A stretch of 18,593 nt of DNA from a virus (lineage: Duplodnaviria; Heunggongvirae; Uroviricota; Caudoviricetes). Below are positions 7,236 through 15,409 of the stretch, piece by piece; the first letter of the stretch is position 1, and every line of letters starts with the position of its first letter. Under the pieces are notes generated by a model. That model had not been told where the DNA came from and did no database searches. It was given only the letters and a program-made list of their open reading frames with translations. A program made the translations under genes and the position numbers. The stretch spans positions 1 to 18,593 of the IMG/VR virus record IMGVR_UViG_2534681832_000034. One strand, 5' to 3'.

Positions 7236-8942
7236 TTACTCAGAGTCACCGGCATCAATCGTGTCGCCGCTTATGAAGTTAAGCCCGCCTTTTTTGGCCA
7301 TTGTCAGCGTTACACGAGTGAAGTAATCAGCGCCGTTGCGTGGGTGCATATCGTTGATAGCCGAACCCCACAGTGTGGTACGGTTGACCAGCGCCGGAGT
7401 GGTCGGATGCTGGAACGGGATAGCCGGGACAGCATCACCAGTCACGAAGCCTGCTTTACCCGGATTTTCATCACGGACGTAGCACAGCACATCCATCGAG
7501 CTGAACTGAATGTTCTCTGTCGTTAAGTTCTTACAAATACCAGCAGGTACTTCGTACACTTTCACGTTACCGAACAGGGTACCGATGTAGTGAACATACG
7601 GAGTCTGGATATAGTCTTCGGCTGGCTGGAAGAAATCCTTCGGCAACTGTTTGAAGAAAGATGCTGCATCAGCACCAGCAAACATCCCCATCGCACCAGA
7701 AGATTTAACGCGCTCAATAATGTCGCGATATACAGTCTGGAATTTGCCACGAATGATGGTTGCCCATACATTAAAGGACTGGTTAACCGGCAGAGCGATG
7801 TCAAAGGTGTCGGTCGCAAGAGTACGCCAGATCATGATGCGAAGACGCAGCATATCCTGTTCATGAGACAGGTATTCCTTCAGGGTGCGGAACTGTAGGG
7901 AACCCAGGTCCAGACCAAATTCACGCTGTGCTTCATACGCCGCCTGTACCGTGTGCTCAGCCGCGATAACGAACTGACTTGGGAACAGGGTGTATTTCTT
8001 CATTTCGTGGTTGATCAGCGGGATCAGCTCAGGTGCGGCTTCAATATTGATTTCCGTCTCAATTGCGATCTCAGTGCCTTTATCCGGCGCTTTGGAGAAC
8101 GACAGGGCAATCTGACCAATGTTGTAGTTCAGAGAGCAGGTAACAGTGATTTGCTCACCAGCAGCATTAGTAAACGAGTGAAGTAGGCTGCCGGAACCGT
8201 TATCAACAACAGACTTAATACGGTTAACGTAGATGTTAGTGCGACCTTTTCGGATTGGTACATTCTGGCCTTCGAAGTCTTCCATCTTGAAGGTTGCGGT
8301 TTTGCTGGTGCCATCGGAGCTTGCCACCAGCACATAGCGGCGACGTAACTGGCTGTACACACCAACGGATTGCATGTCCAGAACATCACCAGCAGCATAA
8401 GAACCAAAAGAGGAACCTGCCACGTTAAAGACTTCATAGATGTCGGACTGGTCACGCGTAACCGGAATGAAGGTACACGCATCAGCGGTAGCTGCCCCCA
8501 ACTGAACAGGCAGGATCATCGCGAGGAATAAAGGCAGACGCATAACACCGTCAGAAACGCTCATCATCTCTGCTGCGACGGATTCCAGCATCGCTTTATT
8601 AGTGGCATCCATGCTATTGCGGGTGGACTCAATCAGGCAGTTTTCCAGCGTCTGGTGGCAGGAGGCCAGAATTTCCGGACGCGGCATAGATTTATGTGCT
8701 GCGGCGTAGTCAGCCAGTGCACTTGCCCACGCTGTAGCGATTTGAGCGGTGGCATTATCAGAGATACCCGCAAAAACCGGGTCTTTACGTGCAGCTTCAA
8801 GGATAGATGCGGCACGCGCGGCATCATCTTTAATGAATTGGTTATCAGTACCGAACTGCGCAGTGCTTGCCCAGCCAAGCACAGCTTTAGAGCGTTTTGC
8901 GATATCTGCAATACGATTCTGGTATTCGCGTAAGTTACTCAA
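7236..8942 (-). CDS. Probable major head (capsid) protein precursor with N-terminal helical delta-like region (P1 gene-23-like by position)
   Basis: First gene of the late operon, directly beside parB. Proposed start is TTG at 8942 (minus) with AAGGAAG SD at 6-nt spacing; the ORF track's start at 8963 is also TTG and has no SD. No in-frame ATG for about 90 codons. N-terminal ~140 aa is Ala-rich and helical, then a Gly/Ser/Thr-rich body. Confidence 0.7.
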   Translation of the reverse strand: MSNLREYQNRIADIAKRSKAVLGWASTAQFGTDNQFIKDDAARAASILEAARKDPVFAGISDNATAQIATAWASALADYAAAHKSMPRPEILASCHQTLENCLIESTRNSMDATNKAMLESVAAEMMSVSDGVMRLPLFLAMILPVQLGAATADACTFIPVTRDQSDIYEVFNVAGSSFGSYAAGDVLDMQSVGVYSQLRRRYVLVASSDGTSKTATFKMEDFEGQNVPIRKGRTNIYVNRIKSVVDNGSGSLLHSFTNAAGEQITVTCSLNYNIGQIALSFSKAPDKGTEIAIETEINIEAAPELIPLINHEMKKYTLFPSQFVIAAEHTVQAAYEAQREFGLDLGSLQFRTLKEYLSHEQDMLRLRIMIWRTLATDTFDIALPVNQSFNVWATIIRGKFQTVYRDIIERVKSSGAMGMFAGADAASFFKQLPKDFFQPAEDYIQTPYVHYIGTLFGNVKVYEVPAGICKNLTTENIQFSSMDVLCYVRDENPGKAGFVTGDAVPAIPFQHPTTPALVNRTTLWGSAINDMHPRNGADYFTRVTLTMAKKGGLNFISGDTIDAGDSE

Positions 8943-8993
8943 TTTACTCTTCCTTAAACACAAGGCACTTGTGTGAATCCCTTTTCGGAAGAG

Positions 8994-9022
8994 ATTTTAT
9001 TGAAAGTCACTTGTTGACTTTC
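8994..9022 (-). promoter_or_regulatory. Candidate phage late promoter: -10 TAAAAT plus upstream inverted repeat
   Basis: Minus-strand TAAAAT (plus 8999-8994); inverted repeat GAAAGTCA-N5-TGACTTTC at 9002-9022, centred about 25 bp upstream of the predicted transcription start; no -35 match. Confidence 0.4.
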
Positions 9023-9075
9023 TCGTGACAAGCAATTTTTTATTTTTTCGGGAGTAGGGGAGGAAGGTAAAATCC

Positions 9076-9162
9076 AAGGTGAAATCGTGGCGATTTCACC
9101 TTGAAATTTTAGATGGATTTACTTTAAAAACAGTAGGTTAATAGTGAAATTTGAATGGCGAA
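9076..9162. other. parS: parS partition site (P1-type centromere)
   Basis: Box A heptamers ATTTCAC/GTGAAAT at 9079-9085, 9093-9099 and 9144-9150; box B hexamers TCGCCA (as TGGCGA) at 9088-9093 and 9156-9161; AT-rich central segment consistent with an IHF site; immediately 3' of parB. Confidence 0.85.
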
Positions 9163-9165
9163 AGT

Positions 9166-10167
9166 TTAAGGCTTCGGCTTTTTATCGAGGCTCTTTCTAA
9201 GGATATGCCCAATCATCCTGTCGAGTTCTTCCTGTAGCTCTTTTGAAAGTCGATTAAACTCATAAGAAAATGCACGGCCTTTCACGCGCTTCCTTGCAAA
9301 GCGATCCTTGTCCTCAAATTTCCATAATTCAGTAACTACGGACTTATCTTTAGAACCTTTATCCGTGAGTAGTGAGGCTTCCTTTGTTATCAAGCGCAGG
9401 ATTTTATTTTTAACTTCATCTTCGGCCATTTCTTCAATGGATAAGATGTCGTTTATTTCCGGGGATATGTTTTGAATAAGCTGATCAAACTCTAAATTCT
9501 TGTTCCCCATTTCGTCGCCAACAGCACAAAGCGTTTTGTAGTCCGAAAAGGTTAATTCCGACTGCACAGGGAAAAGGGCGACTAATTCTTCCGGAGCACT
9601 CGCTGCCTGGAGAGCACGCGTGACCTTAGCCTGAGACAGCCCTTCTTTGGCTGCAATATCCTTCTGACTCATCCCATCATTTTTCATTCGCATCAAACGC
9701 AGACCTATTTCTCGAATGCTGTGCTGCAATGCTGTCTGAACGTCTTTCGCTAAATTTTGCGCTTCCTGAACGCTGATCTCCTGGTCCGTGACTAAAACCC
9801 GCAACCCTACGTTCTCTAAGATGGCAGAAGCTCGACGCCGGGAACCATCCAAAATTTCAATTTTCCCTGTACCCCGTCTAACACCTATTGCAGGGTAAAA
9901 TTGCTGATGCTTAATAGTGCTTCGGATACTTTTTAATGATTTTGGCGTAAGAGATGCCTGGTCACGCCCGTTGTTATGCTGATCAACAAAGGTATCGCTT
10001 TCTACCTGGTTCGGAGGTATTACCTCTTCAATAAATGTGGCCTGGCGACCAGTTGATAACTTGAATACCTGCTCGACTCGATCGCCAGAGGCTGAAGAAC
10101 TATCAAATCCGCTTAATATTGAAGGATTAAGGGTTCGCCCAATTGTTGGTCTGTTTTTCTTTGACAT
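9166..10167 (-). CDS. parB: Partition protein ParB, 333 aa
   Basis: ATG at 10167; the length and sequence (MSKKNRPTIGRTLNPSILSG...) match my recollection of P1 ParB; parS lies directly downstream. Confidence 0.95.
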   Translation of the reverse strand: MSKKNRPTIGRTLNPSILSGFDSSSASGDRVEQVFKLSTGRQATFIEEVIPPNQVESDTFVDQHNNGRDQASLTPKSLKSIRSTIKHQQFYPAIGVRRGTGKIEILDGSRRRASAILENVGLRVLVTDQEISVQEAQNLAKDVQTALQHSIREIGLRLMRMKNDGMSQKDIAAKEGLSQAKVTRALQAASAPEELVALFPVQSELTFSDYKTLCAVGDEMGNKNLEFDQLIQNISPEINDILSIEEMAEDEVKNKILRLITKEASLLTDKGSKDKSVVTELWKFEDKDRFARKRVKGRAFSYEFNRLSKELQEELDRMIGHILRKSLDKKPKP

Positions 10168-10183
10168 GGGGGTTTCTTACTCC

Positions 10184-11380
10184 TCAGTTAGATCTGATAA
10201 ATTCAATACGGTCAAAAACTGCTTTAGCAAAATCTTCCGCGGCAATTCGCGCGTTCTTCAATGCATCAGCACTACCAACATACGTTGCCGGGTTAGCTGA
10301 AATAACAGTGTCAAAAGACTCGCCGCAACGTTCAAAACCGTCAAGGCGAGGGAGGACGACATCGAGCATATCCCCACCGAACACTTCTTTAGCCAGGCTA
10401 TGGCAATACTTATGATCTGCCTTGTTACTCAACTTGGACATAAAACCAATGTTAGTCGCAAGCTGGCACTCGCAGCCTTCATCCGAAATGAGTTTCACCA
10501 ACTCAGGAAGGCGGGCAACGTATTTAAGCGATGAGTGGAAATCGACAGTTGCTGGCGGCAGAGGTGTAAACAGTATATTGGCCGAGGCCAAAGCATTTTT
10601 CAGGAAGGCGTCAAGGTGAGGACCACTATCAACGAGGATAAAGTCATAATCGCTCTTCAGCTTATCAATCACATTTTCTTTCAGGACAGCATGGATGTTC
10701 TGACCCGGTAGATGCTCATTGCACAGCTCTCTCCAATCGGATGCAATAAAGGCATCGTCAATCGACGCAGGCATAACGTCAACCCCAGGTACAACAGAAG
10801 GAACAATAAACTCCTCTAACAGCTCTTCACGGCTTACATTCTGCAACATAGCCTGTGCAGATGTTGCGTTTACGATACCAATAGAGTGTTTATGGCTTAA
10901 AAACATCGTTGCTGAAGATTGCGGATCAAGGTCAATAACCAGAATCCTTAAATCTTCCATCAGAAGATGAGGGTGAGCACGCATTGCATGCGCCAGAGAA
11001 ACCGTCGATACAGTTTTTGACACACCGCCTTTAAGATTGGAGATGAAAATCACATACGCTTCGCTGTAGCGATCCCGGTATTTTGGCACTCCGCGATGTT
11101 CATATATGTCAATGATGTTCTGAATTGACATCGCATATTTCATTGAAGAGCCAGCAGGGCGTTTATCGAAAACATAACCCTTTTCTTCCATTTCACTTAC
11201 GGCATAGTCAACGTTCGCTCGAGTCAGTAGAGGCAATTTTGCCAGTGCCGCTTTCGCATAGACCTGGTAAAACTCGTTCGCGTGTAGCTCATCCTTTTGC
11301 AACTGTACTTGTTCAGTCAGAACATTGAGCATTCTGTTTGCTCTTTGAGCAACCTTGTGAAGCTGGCTGGAATCACTCAT
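10184..11380 (-). CDS. parA: Partition ATPase ParA (type Ia, N-terminal DNA-binding extension), 398 aa
   Basis: ATG at 11380 with AAGGATGA SD; deviant Walker A NLKGGVSKT; 398 aa as remembered for P1 ParA. Confidence 0.95.
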   Translation of the reverse strand: MSDSSQLHKVAQRANRMLNVLTEQVQLQKDELHANEFYQVYAKAALAKLPLLTRANVDYAVSEMEEKGYVFDKRPAGSSMKYAMSIQNIIDIYEHRGVPKYRDRYSEAYVIFISNLKGGVSKTVSTVSLAHAMRAHPHLLMEDLRILVIDLDPQSSATMFLSHKHSIGIVNATSAQAMLQNVSREELLEEFIVPSVVPGVDVMPASIDDAFIASDWRELCNEHLPGQNIHAVLKENVIDKLKSDYDFILVDSGPHLDAFLKNALASANILFTPLPPATVDFHSSLKYVARLPELVKLISDEGCECQLATNIGFMSKLSNKADHKYCHSLAKEVFGGDMLDVVLPRLDGFERCGESFDTVISANPATYVGSADALKNARIAAEDFAKAVFDRIEFIRSN

Positions 11381-11500
11381 CGAAAGTCATCCTTTATGCT
11401 GTATTTTTGAATTTAATTAAAAATGCTGCATAAAATAATAATGTATGCGTAGATGCTTGTACATGGCATTCTCTGCATGTTTTGTTCATTTTGCACGATT
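11381..11500 (-). promoter_or_regulatory. par operon promoter/operator region
   Basis: AT-rich region upstream of parA with an imperfect inverted repeat (AAAAATGCTGCAT ... CTGCATGTTTTG), compatible with a ParA autoregulatory operator. Confidence 0.45.
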
Positions 11501-11520
11501 GAGAGTTACAAGAAAGGCAC

Positions 11521-11541
11521 AAAAAAGCCCCGTTCAGGGGC
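11521..11541 (-). terminator. Rho-independent terminator
   Basis: Minus-strand stem GCCCC / GGGGC (loop TGAAC) followed by T6 (plus A6 at 11521-11526), 8 nt after the stop at 11549. Confidence 0.7.
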
Positions 11542-11548
11542 ATCAGTG

Positions 11549-11953
11549 TTATTTGCTAAGAGCAGCGAATAATCGTTCGAAATCGATAGTATCTATAGCA
11601 CGCGTAAGCGCCGGAAGTTCAGCCTCAAAGTACCCGTGTCGATCGTAAAAGAAGGGACCGAAGAGCGAGGCATGTTGGATTCTACTTCGCCCCAGCCCGG
11701 ACACACAGTTAAGCCCATTACCGGCTAAAAGGCTAAAAAACTTCTCTGGATTATCGTGGTAAAGCTGAGAATCAATGGTGGCGGTTAACTCTTCCATAGG
11801 GAAGCACACCCGCCCTGTCTCCCAGGGATATTTAGTCCGAAGCATAAACATTGCTTTCAGCAATTCACATTGAGCGCGGATCGCGTCCGGTTCATAGCCA
11901 GATATGGAGACATAAGCCACGTCCCTCATTCCTGCGTCATCTTTGAAAGTCAC
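11549..11953 (-). CDS. C-terminal portion of the amber-split gene (annotated alone it is a 134-aa ORF with a poor start)
   Basis: No convincing SD at GTG 11953 or ATG 11929; in the same frame as the upstream ORF and separated from it by one TAG; terminator directly after its stop. Confidence 0.5.
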   Translation of the reverse strand: MTFKDDAGMRDVAYVSISGYEPDAIRAQCELLKAMFMLRTKYPWETGRVCFPMEELTATIDSQLYHDNPEKFFSLLAGNGLNCVSGLGRSRIQHASLFGPFFYDRHGYFEAELPALTRAIDTIDFERLFAALSK

Positions 11954-12022
11954 GATAGAAGTAACATCCAGTTCTTTTTCGAAAGAGCGAGCAGCATCTA
12001 CTGGACGCTGAAGTAAATCATT

Positions 12023-12358
12023 CTACTTAATGCGCTCGAGAATCCCTCCCCACATATCATTTAGATATTCGATATGAGCCAAAACCTTATCAAGACACTC
12101 TCGTGTAAACCATTCAGTATGCCCGCCACCGGCGCTTTTCTCCCACGGCGCATTCCAGGGGAAAAAGGTTGCGTGTAAAGCCCGCTCAAGATTAACCATT
12201 GCCAAACGCGTACCACGATAGACCCGTGAAAGCGCAAAATCGGGACTCACTTGTAGCCCTTTAAACCGTGCCAATGGACCACATGAAATGCCGATTTTAA
12301 AAGTATCTCCGTTCTCCGGCACCAGAACGTAGAGGTAGTGTTGTTTCTCTTCTTGCAT
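12023..12358 (-). CDS. GIY-YIG / T5orf172-like domain protein, 111 aa as annotated (ends at an in-frame amber)
   Basis: ATG at 12358; motif HYLYVLVPENGDTFKIGISCGPLARFKGL resembles the GIY-YIG/T5orf172 core; stop is TAG at 12023-12025. Confidence 0.6.
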   Translation of the reverse strand: MQEEKQHYLYVLVPENGDTFKIGISCGPLARFKGLQVSPDFALSRVYRGTRLAMVNLERALHATFFPWNAPWEKSAGGGHTEWFTRECLDKVLAHIEYLNDMWGGILERIK

Positions 12359-12393
12359 ATCAATACCACTGCTTGATGAGAACCGCGCAAATG

Positions 12394-12649
12394 TTGACTA
12401 TGCGCGAAAGTTAATGTGAATAGTTGACTATGCGCGATGTGACTACAGTCAAAAGTTGACTGTAGTCGATTTAACTCCACCAAAGATCGACTATGTAAGA
12501 TATTGTCGGGAGAAACGTTGACTATACGCGATGAAATGACCCTAAAAGCCATCTCAATAGCGACTTGCAGAATATTGACGCCAGCAAAAATCCACCAGCG
12601 TCAACGAATGTCGCCTATAGTCAACTTCTCGCTATCGCATATAGTCAAT
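12394..12649. repeat. incA: incA-like iteron array (about 9-10 RepA-binding repeats, mixed orientation)
   Basis: Repeats of core TTGACTRTRCGCGA and its reverse complement (e.g. 12394-12407, 12424-12437, 12441-12452, 12456-12469, 12518-12531, 12613-12625, 12637-12649), immediately 3' of repA. Confidence 0.8.
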
Positions 12650-12650
12650 A

Positions 12651-13535
12651 TTATGGATTGCGCTTATGGATCTGAAAGCCGATTTTCCTGCCGTTTTTTA
12701 TCTCTGAAAATTTAAGATATTCAATAGCTTCCAAATCTTTCATGGCTTTTCTGATAACGCTATTTTGCACGCTAACGGATGATTTGAGATTAAGCCTTGC
12801 TCTAAGGCGCTCAATGCTGACAGGTGCCGGGTTGGCGGGTAGAGCCTCAAAGAATGTATACAGTACCTTGGCCGTCTCTTTGCGCCCGAGCTTATCCAGC
12901 ATCTTCAGCTTCAGGATTCGCTTATAGTCAACATAGTAAAGTTCAGATAGCTGTTTCTGCGGCTGGATCTCGATAACATCAAGCTCGGTATTCAGGCTGC
13001 TATATGCCAACAAGTTGACGTTAATGTTATTGAGATGACCTTTTGCCGCCGGGAAGCGGAATTTGACAACTGTCTGCTGAATGCGTGTCAGAGAGTCATC
13101 AATACTTTTACGGAACGCCTTTGAAAGGCGCTTACGTGGATAGCCGCATCGATCGGCAAACTCGGAGAATGGCAGGGTGATTATGCCGTCATCATCAGGT
13201 GCGTAGTCAAACAACGCGGAGGTTATGCCCACCCACACCTTAAAATCAGTATCCATATCCAGGCGTGGACCATGAATTTCAATTCCCTCATAGCCTTCCT
13301 GCTCAACAATTTTGAGGCTTGATAGTTCTTCGGTTGCGTTCGTTGTGTTTGTAGTAACTGACGATCCGCGACGTAGTGCCACATTGGTAGATTTTAAGGT
13401 TGGCACAAACACACCTAAGCGCAACAAAGCAATGGGTTGTATAGTGCTATTGTTATTGGGTTTCAGGCTGTGGATTTCTCCTGTATTTCCTGCAACTTCT
13501 TCAACGCTAAGGAAGCCTTTATTTTCTTCCAGCAT
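12651..13535 (-). CDS. repA: Iteron-binding plasmid replication initiator RepA, 294 aa
   Basis: ATG at 13535 with GGAG SD (GGAGAAACCACG-ATG); the ORF track's 13592 start is a TTG lying inside the origin region. Flanked by iteron arrays on both sides. Confidence 0.85.
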   Translation of the reverse strand: MLEENKGFLSVEEVAGNTGEIHSLKPNNNSTIQPIALLRLGVFVPTLKSTNVALRRGSSVTTNTTNATEELSSLKIVEQEGYEGIEIHGPRLDMDTDFKVWVGITSALFDYAPDDDGIITLPFSEFADRCGYPRKRLSKAFRKSIDDSLTRIQQTVVKFRFPAAKGHLNNINVNLLAYSSLNTELDVIEIQPQKQLSELYYVDYKRILKLKMLDKLGRKETAKVLYTFFEALPANPAPVSIERLRARLNLKSSVSVQNSVIRKAMKDLEAIEYLKFSEIKNGRKIGFQIHKRNP

Positions 13536-13582
13536 CGTGGTTTCTCCATATGTGGCGCGGCCTGGCGTCATCTGGATTGCAG

Positions 13583-13826
13583 TTATCAACAACTGTGAAT
13601 AGTCAGGCTCTAAAATCGCGTACAGTCAATGTTTCTGTCGCATATAGTCAACAATAAATCGCGTGCAGTCAACAATAAATCGTGCACAGTCAACATAAAA
13701 TCGCGTATAGTCAATGTTGATCCCATTTCAGGCCAGAAATGGCGCGGCTTACAGCGATCCGGGATCTTCTTTGGATCTTCCTGGGTTCTCTTTAGGATCT
13801 GTTTATTGGATCTATGCTGTGGATAA
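13583..13826. promoter_or_regulatory. Plasmid replication origin: DnaA boxes + iterons + GATC cluster
   Basis: DnaA-box-like TTATCAACA (13583-13591); perfect DnaA box TGTGGATAA (13818-13826); six GATC sites between 13719 and 13812. Confidence 0.75.
13613..13714. repeat. Origin iterons (incC-like): five direct repeats at ~21-bp phasing
   Basis: AAATCGCGTACAGTCAA (13613-13629), CTGTCGCATATAGTCAA, AAATCGCGTGCAGTCAA, AAATCGTGCACAGTCAA, AAATCGCGTATAGTCAA (13698-13714), all in one orientation directly upstream of repA. Confidence 0.85.
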
Positions 13827-13834
13827 GTTGAATA

Positions 13835-13855
13835 AACCGGCCAACATAGCCGGTT
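13835..13855 (-). terminator. Hairpin after the 13869-14261 gene (weak terminator candidate)
   Basis: AACCGGC / GCCGGTT stem with 7-nt loop; the downstream minus-strand sequence is only moderately T-rich. Confidence 0.3.
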
Positions 13856-13868
13856 GGAAGGAAGGGTA

Positions 13869-14261
13869 TTATTCTACGCTTTCGATAAGAAGACCATGTT
13901 CATAACATTTAAGCTCATCGCCTTCGTACAGGAATTGGTATCCAATACCACCATTTTCATGGACATTAGGGAATAACTCATAACTCACTGAAGAGCAAAT
14001 CACACCAATGCAGCGATCAACGCCTTCTCGTTCTTCAGTGCTGAAAAAATCCTCTTCGGTAAGAACATGAGTACATTGCTCATCAGCATAGGTCGGAAAT
14101 ACATGCTCGATGCAATCCGGGTGTTTTAAACCAAGCTGATCGGCAAGCTCGAAAGCATGACGGTATTGTTCAGATCCTGGCTTGCCAACAGTGATGTGCT
14201 CAATTTTGTAGATTGAAGTCGCTTTGTTGATAGTTTGCTTTACTGTTACTTTATCAGACAT
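13869..14261 (-). CDS. Hypothetical protein, 130 aa
   Basis: ATG at 14261 with AAAGGGA SD; stop 13869-13871; 11 nt downstream of the lipoprotein gene. Confidence 0.75.
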   Translation of the reverse strand: MSDKVTVKQTINKATSIYKIEHITVGKPGSEQYRHAFELADQLGLKHPDCIEHVFPTYADEQCTHVLTEEDFFSTEEREGVDRCIGVICSSVSYELFPNVHENGGIGYQFLYEGDELKCYEHGLLIESVE

Positions 14262-14272
14262 AAAAATCCCTT

Positions 14273-14605
14273 TTAGTTACCGCTGATAGCGCGGTTGTAA
14301 TCATTAACGTTGCGATTCTTCCTGTTAATCCCCATCAGCATCGTTTCTGTATCGAGGATATACGCTGGCAGATCATCAAAATATTCACTGCTAAACTCTG
14401 GCATCCTGCACATAAACGCACTTTTGGGGGCAGGGTGGTTAACCTTTGTCGGCGTCGGCGTTAAATTCGCTGATCGACTCCCGGAGCAACCGCTGAGTGT
14501 CAGCAGGAATGCGCTGGCGAACATTACCCGCCGCAACCAGTTGTTTCTGAACTTCAGCTTTTCGTTCCATTTGCCTGTCAGCATATTTGGCTTGTTCTGA
14601 TTCAT
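14273..14605 (-). CDS. Lipoprotein (signal peptidase II lipobox LTLSG-C), start codon ambiguous
   Basis: Lipobox L-T-L-S-G-C with Ser at +2 and a Pro/Thr-rich mature region (TPTPTKVNHPAPK). ATG 14605 has AGGAAG SD; alternative starts at 14584 and 14524. The 5' 167 bp overlap the upstream gene in another frame. Confidence 0.7.
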   Translation of the reverse strand: MNQNKPNMLTGKWNEKLKFRNNWLRRVMFASAFLLTLSGCSGSRSANLTPTPTKVNHPAPKSAFMCRMPEFSSEYFDDLPAYILDTETMLMGINRKNRNVNDYNRAISGN

Positions 14606-14861
14606 TTTTCACTTCCTGGCTGTGAAAATGTTGCTCTGCTTTGTTCATCGTCTCAATGGTCTGGTTAAGATCCATTATTGACTTATCACGTTCCTTAACA
14701 GCCTGATCAAGACTGCCAATTTTCTCCATGGCTTGCTTTAGCTGATGACGTTCCCATGCAAACCCAGCACCAACAAGTGCGCAAATCAGAACAAGAACAC
14801 CAGTAGCAGCAAGTTTCTCCTTCAAAGACAAAGCTGTTTTTAACGTAGAAAAGAATGACAT
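14439..14861 (-). CDS. N-terminally membrane-anchored coiled-coil (periplasmic) protein, 140 aa
   Basis: ATG at 14861 with AGGAGG SD (the ORF track's 14888 start is TTG); one hydrophobic segment (LAATGVLVLICALVGAGFAW) then a charged helical region. Confidence 0.75.
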   Translation of the reverse strand: MSFFSTLKTALSLKEKLAATGVLVLICALVGAGFAWERHQLKQAMEKIGSLDQAVKERDKSIMDLNQTIETMNKAEQHFHSQEVKNESEQAKYADRQMERKAEVQKQLVAAGNVRQRIPADTQRLLRESISEFNADADKG

Positions 14862-15082
14862 GTCTTCCTCCTGAAGAAAAATTATCAATGAAGTCCTTTG
14901 TTACCGTGCCGCTTTGTTTAATTCATCAAGAACAGAATCAGGAACCAAAGCGGCGACTACGCTGGCTGTGCTGGCCTTATTTGCTGATGCTTCCGCAAGC
15001 GCGGTACCGATAGCATGGTTATAAGCAGTGAACCGCCCCGGAAATCCTGGAGACTAAACTCCCTGAGAAAGAGGTAAACAGG

Positions 15083-15409
15083 ATGACTAAAAATACTCGT
15101 TTTTCCCCCGAAGTCCGTCAGCGGGCGATTCGTATGGTTCTGGAAAGTCAGGATGAATATGACTCACAGTGGGCGGCAATTTGTTCCATTGCCCCAAAGA
15201 TTGGCTGTACGCCGGAGACTCTGCGTGTCTGGGTTCGCCAGCATGAGCGGGATACCGGGGGCGGTGATGGTGGGCTCACCAGCGCTGAACGTCAGCGTCT
15301 GAAAGAGCTGGAACGTGAAAATCGTGAACTGCGCCGCAGTAACGATATCCTTCGCCAGGCTTCCGCTTATTTTGCGAAGGCGGAGTTCGACCGCCTCTGG
15401 AAAAAATGA
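15083..15409 (+). CDS. IS3-family transposase OrfA (HTH, leucine-zipper)
   Basis: ATG 15083; [21 protein letters not shown]... typical IS3-family OrfA; ends in the A-run frameshift window. Confidence 0.9.
   Translation: MTKNTRFSPEVRQRAIRMVLESQDEYDSQWAAICSIAPKIGCTPETLRVWVRQHERDTGGGDGGLTSAERQRLKELERENRELRRSNDILRQASAYFAKAEFDRLWKK

Larger units (their letters stand above)
11549..12358 (-). pseudogene. Single ~270-codon gene interrupted by one in-frame TAG (nonsense allele, or readthrough-dependent)
   Basis: Both ORFs share the minus-strand frame; the only stop between them is TAG 12023-12025; the intervening codons read ...ERIK*NDLLQRPVDAARSFEKELDVTSIV... Confidence 0.5.

Noticed and set aside
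7344-8976. Cluster of short ORFs on both strands inside 7236-8942
   Set aside because: All are embedded in or antisense to the long late-operon ORF; none has an SD or an independent stop context.
12247-12552. 101-aa minus-strand ORF overlapping the GIY-YIG-like gene and the incA repeats
   Set aside because: Out of frame with the better-supported gene and runs through the iteron array.
12394-13714. Possible CRISPR array suggested by short direct repeats
   Set aside because: Repeats are ~17-21 bp with ~21-bp phasing and no unique spacers of uniform length; they flank a rep gene and coincide with DnaA boxes and GATC sites, so they are iterons.
14861-14888. Upstream TTG start (14888) for the coiled-coil membrane protein
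   Set aside because: ATG 14861 has a strong AGGAGG SD at ideal spacing, while TTG 14888 has none and lies 13 nt from the upstream gene's stop.
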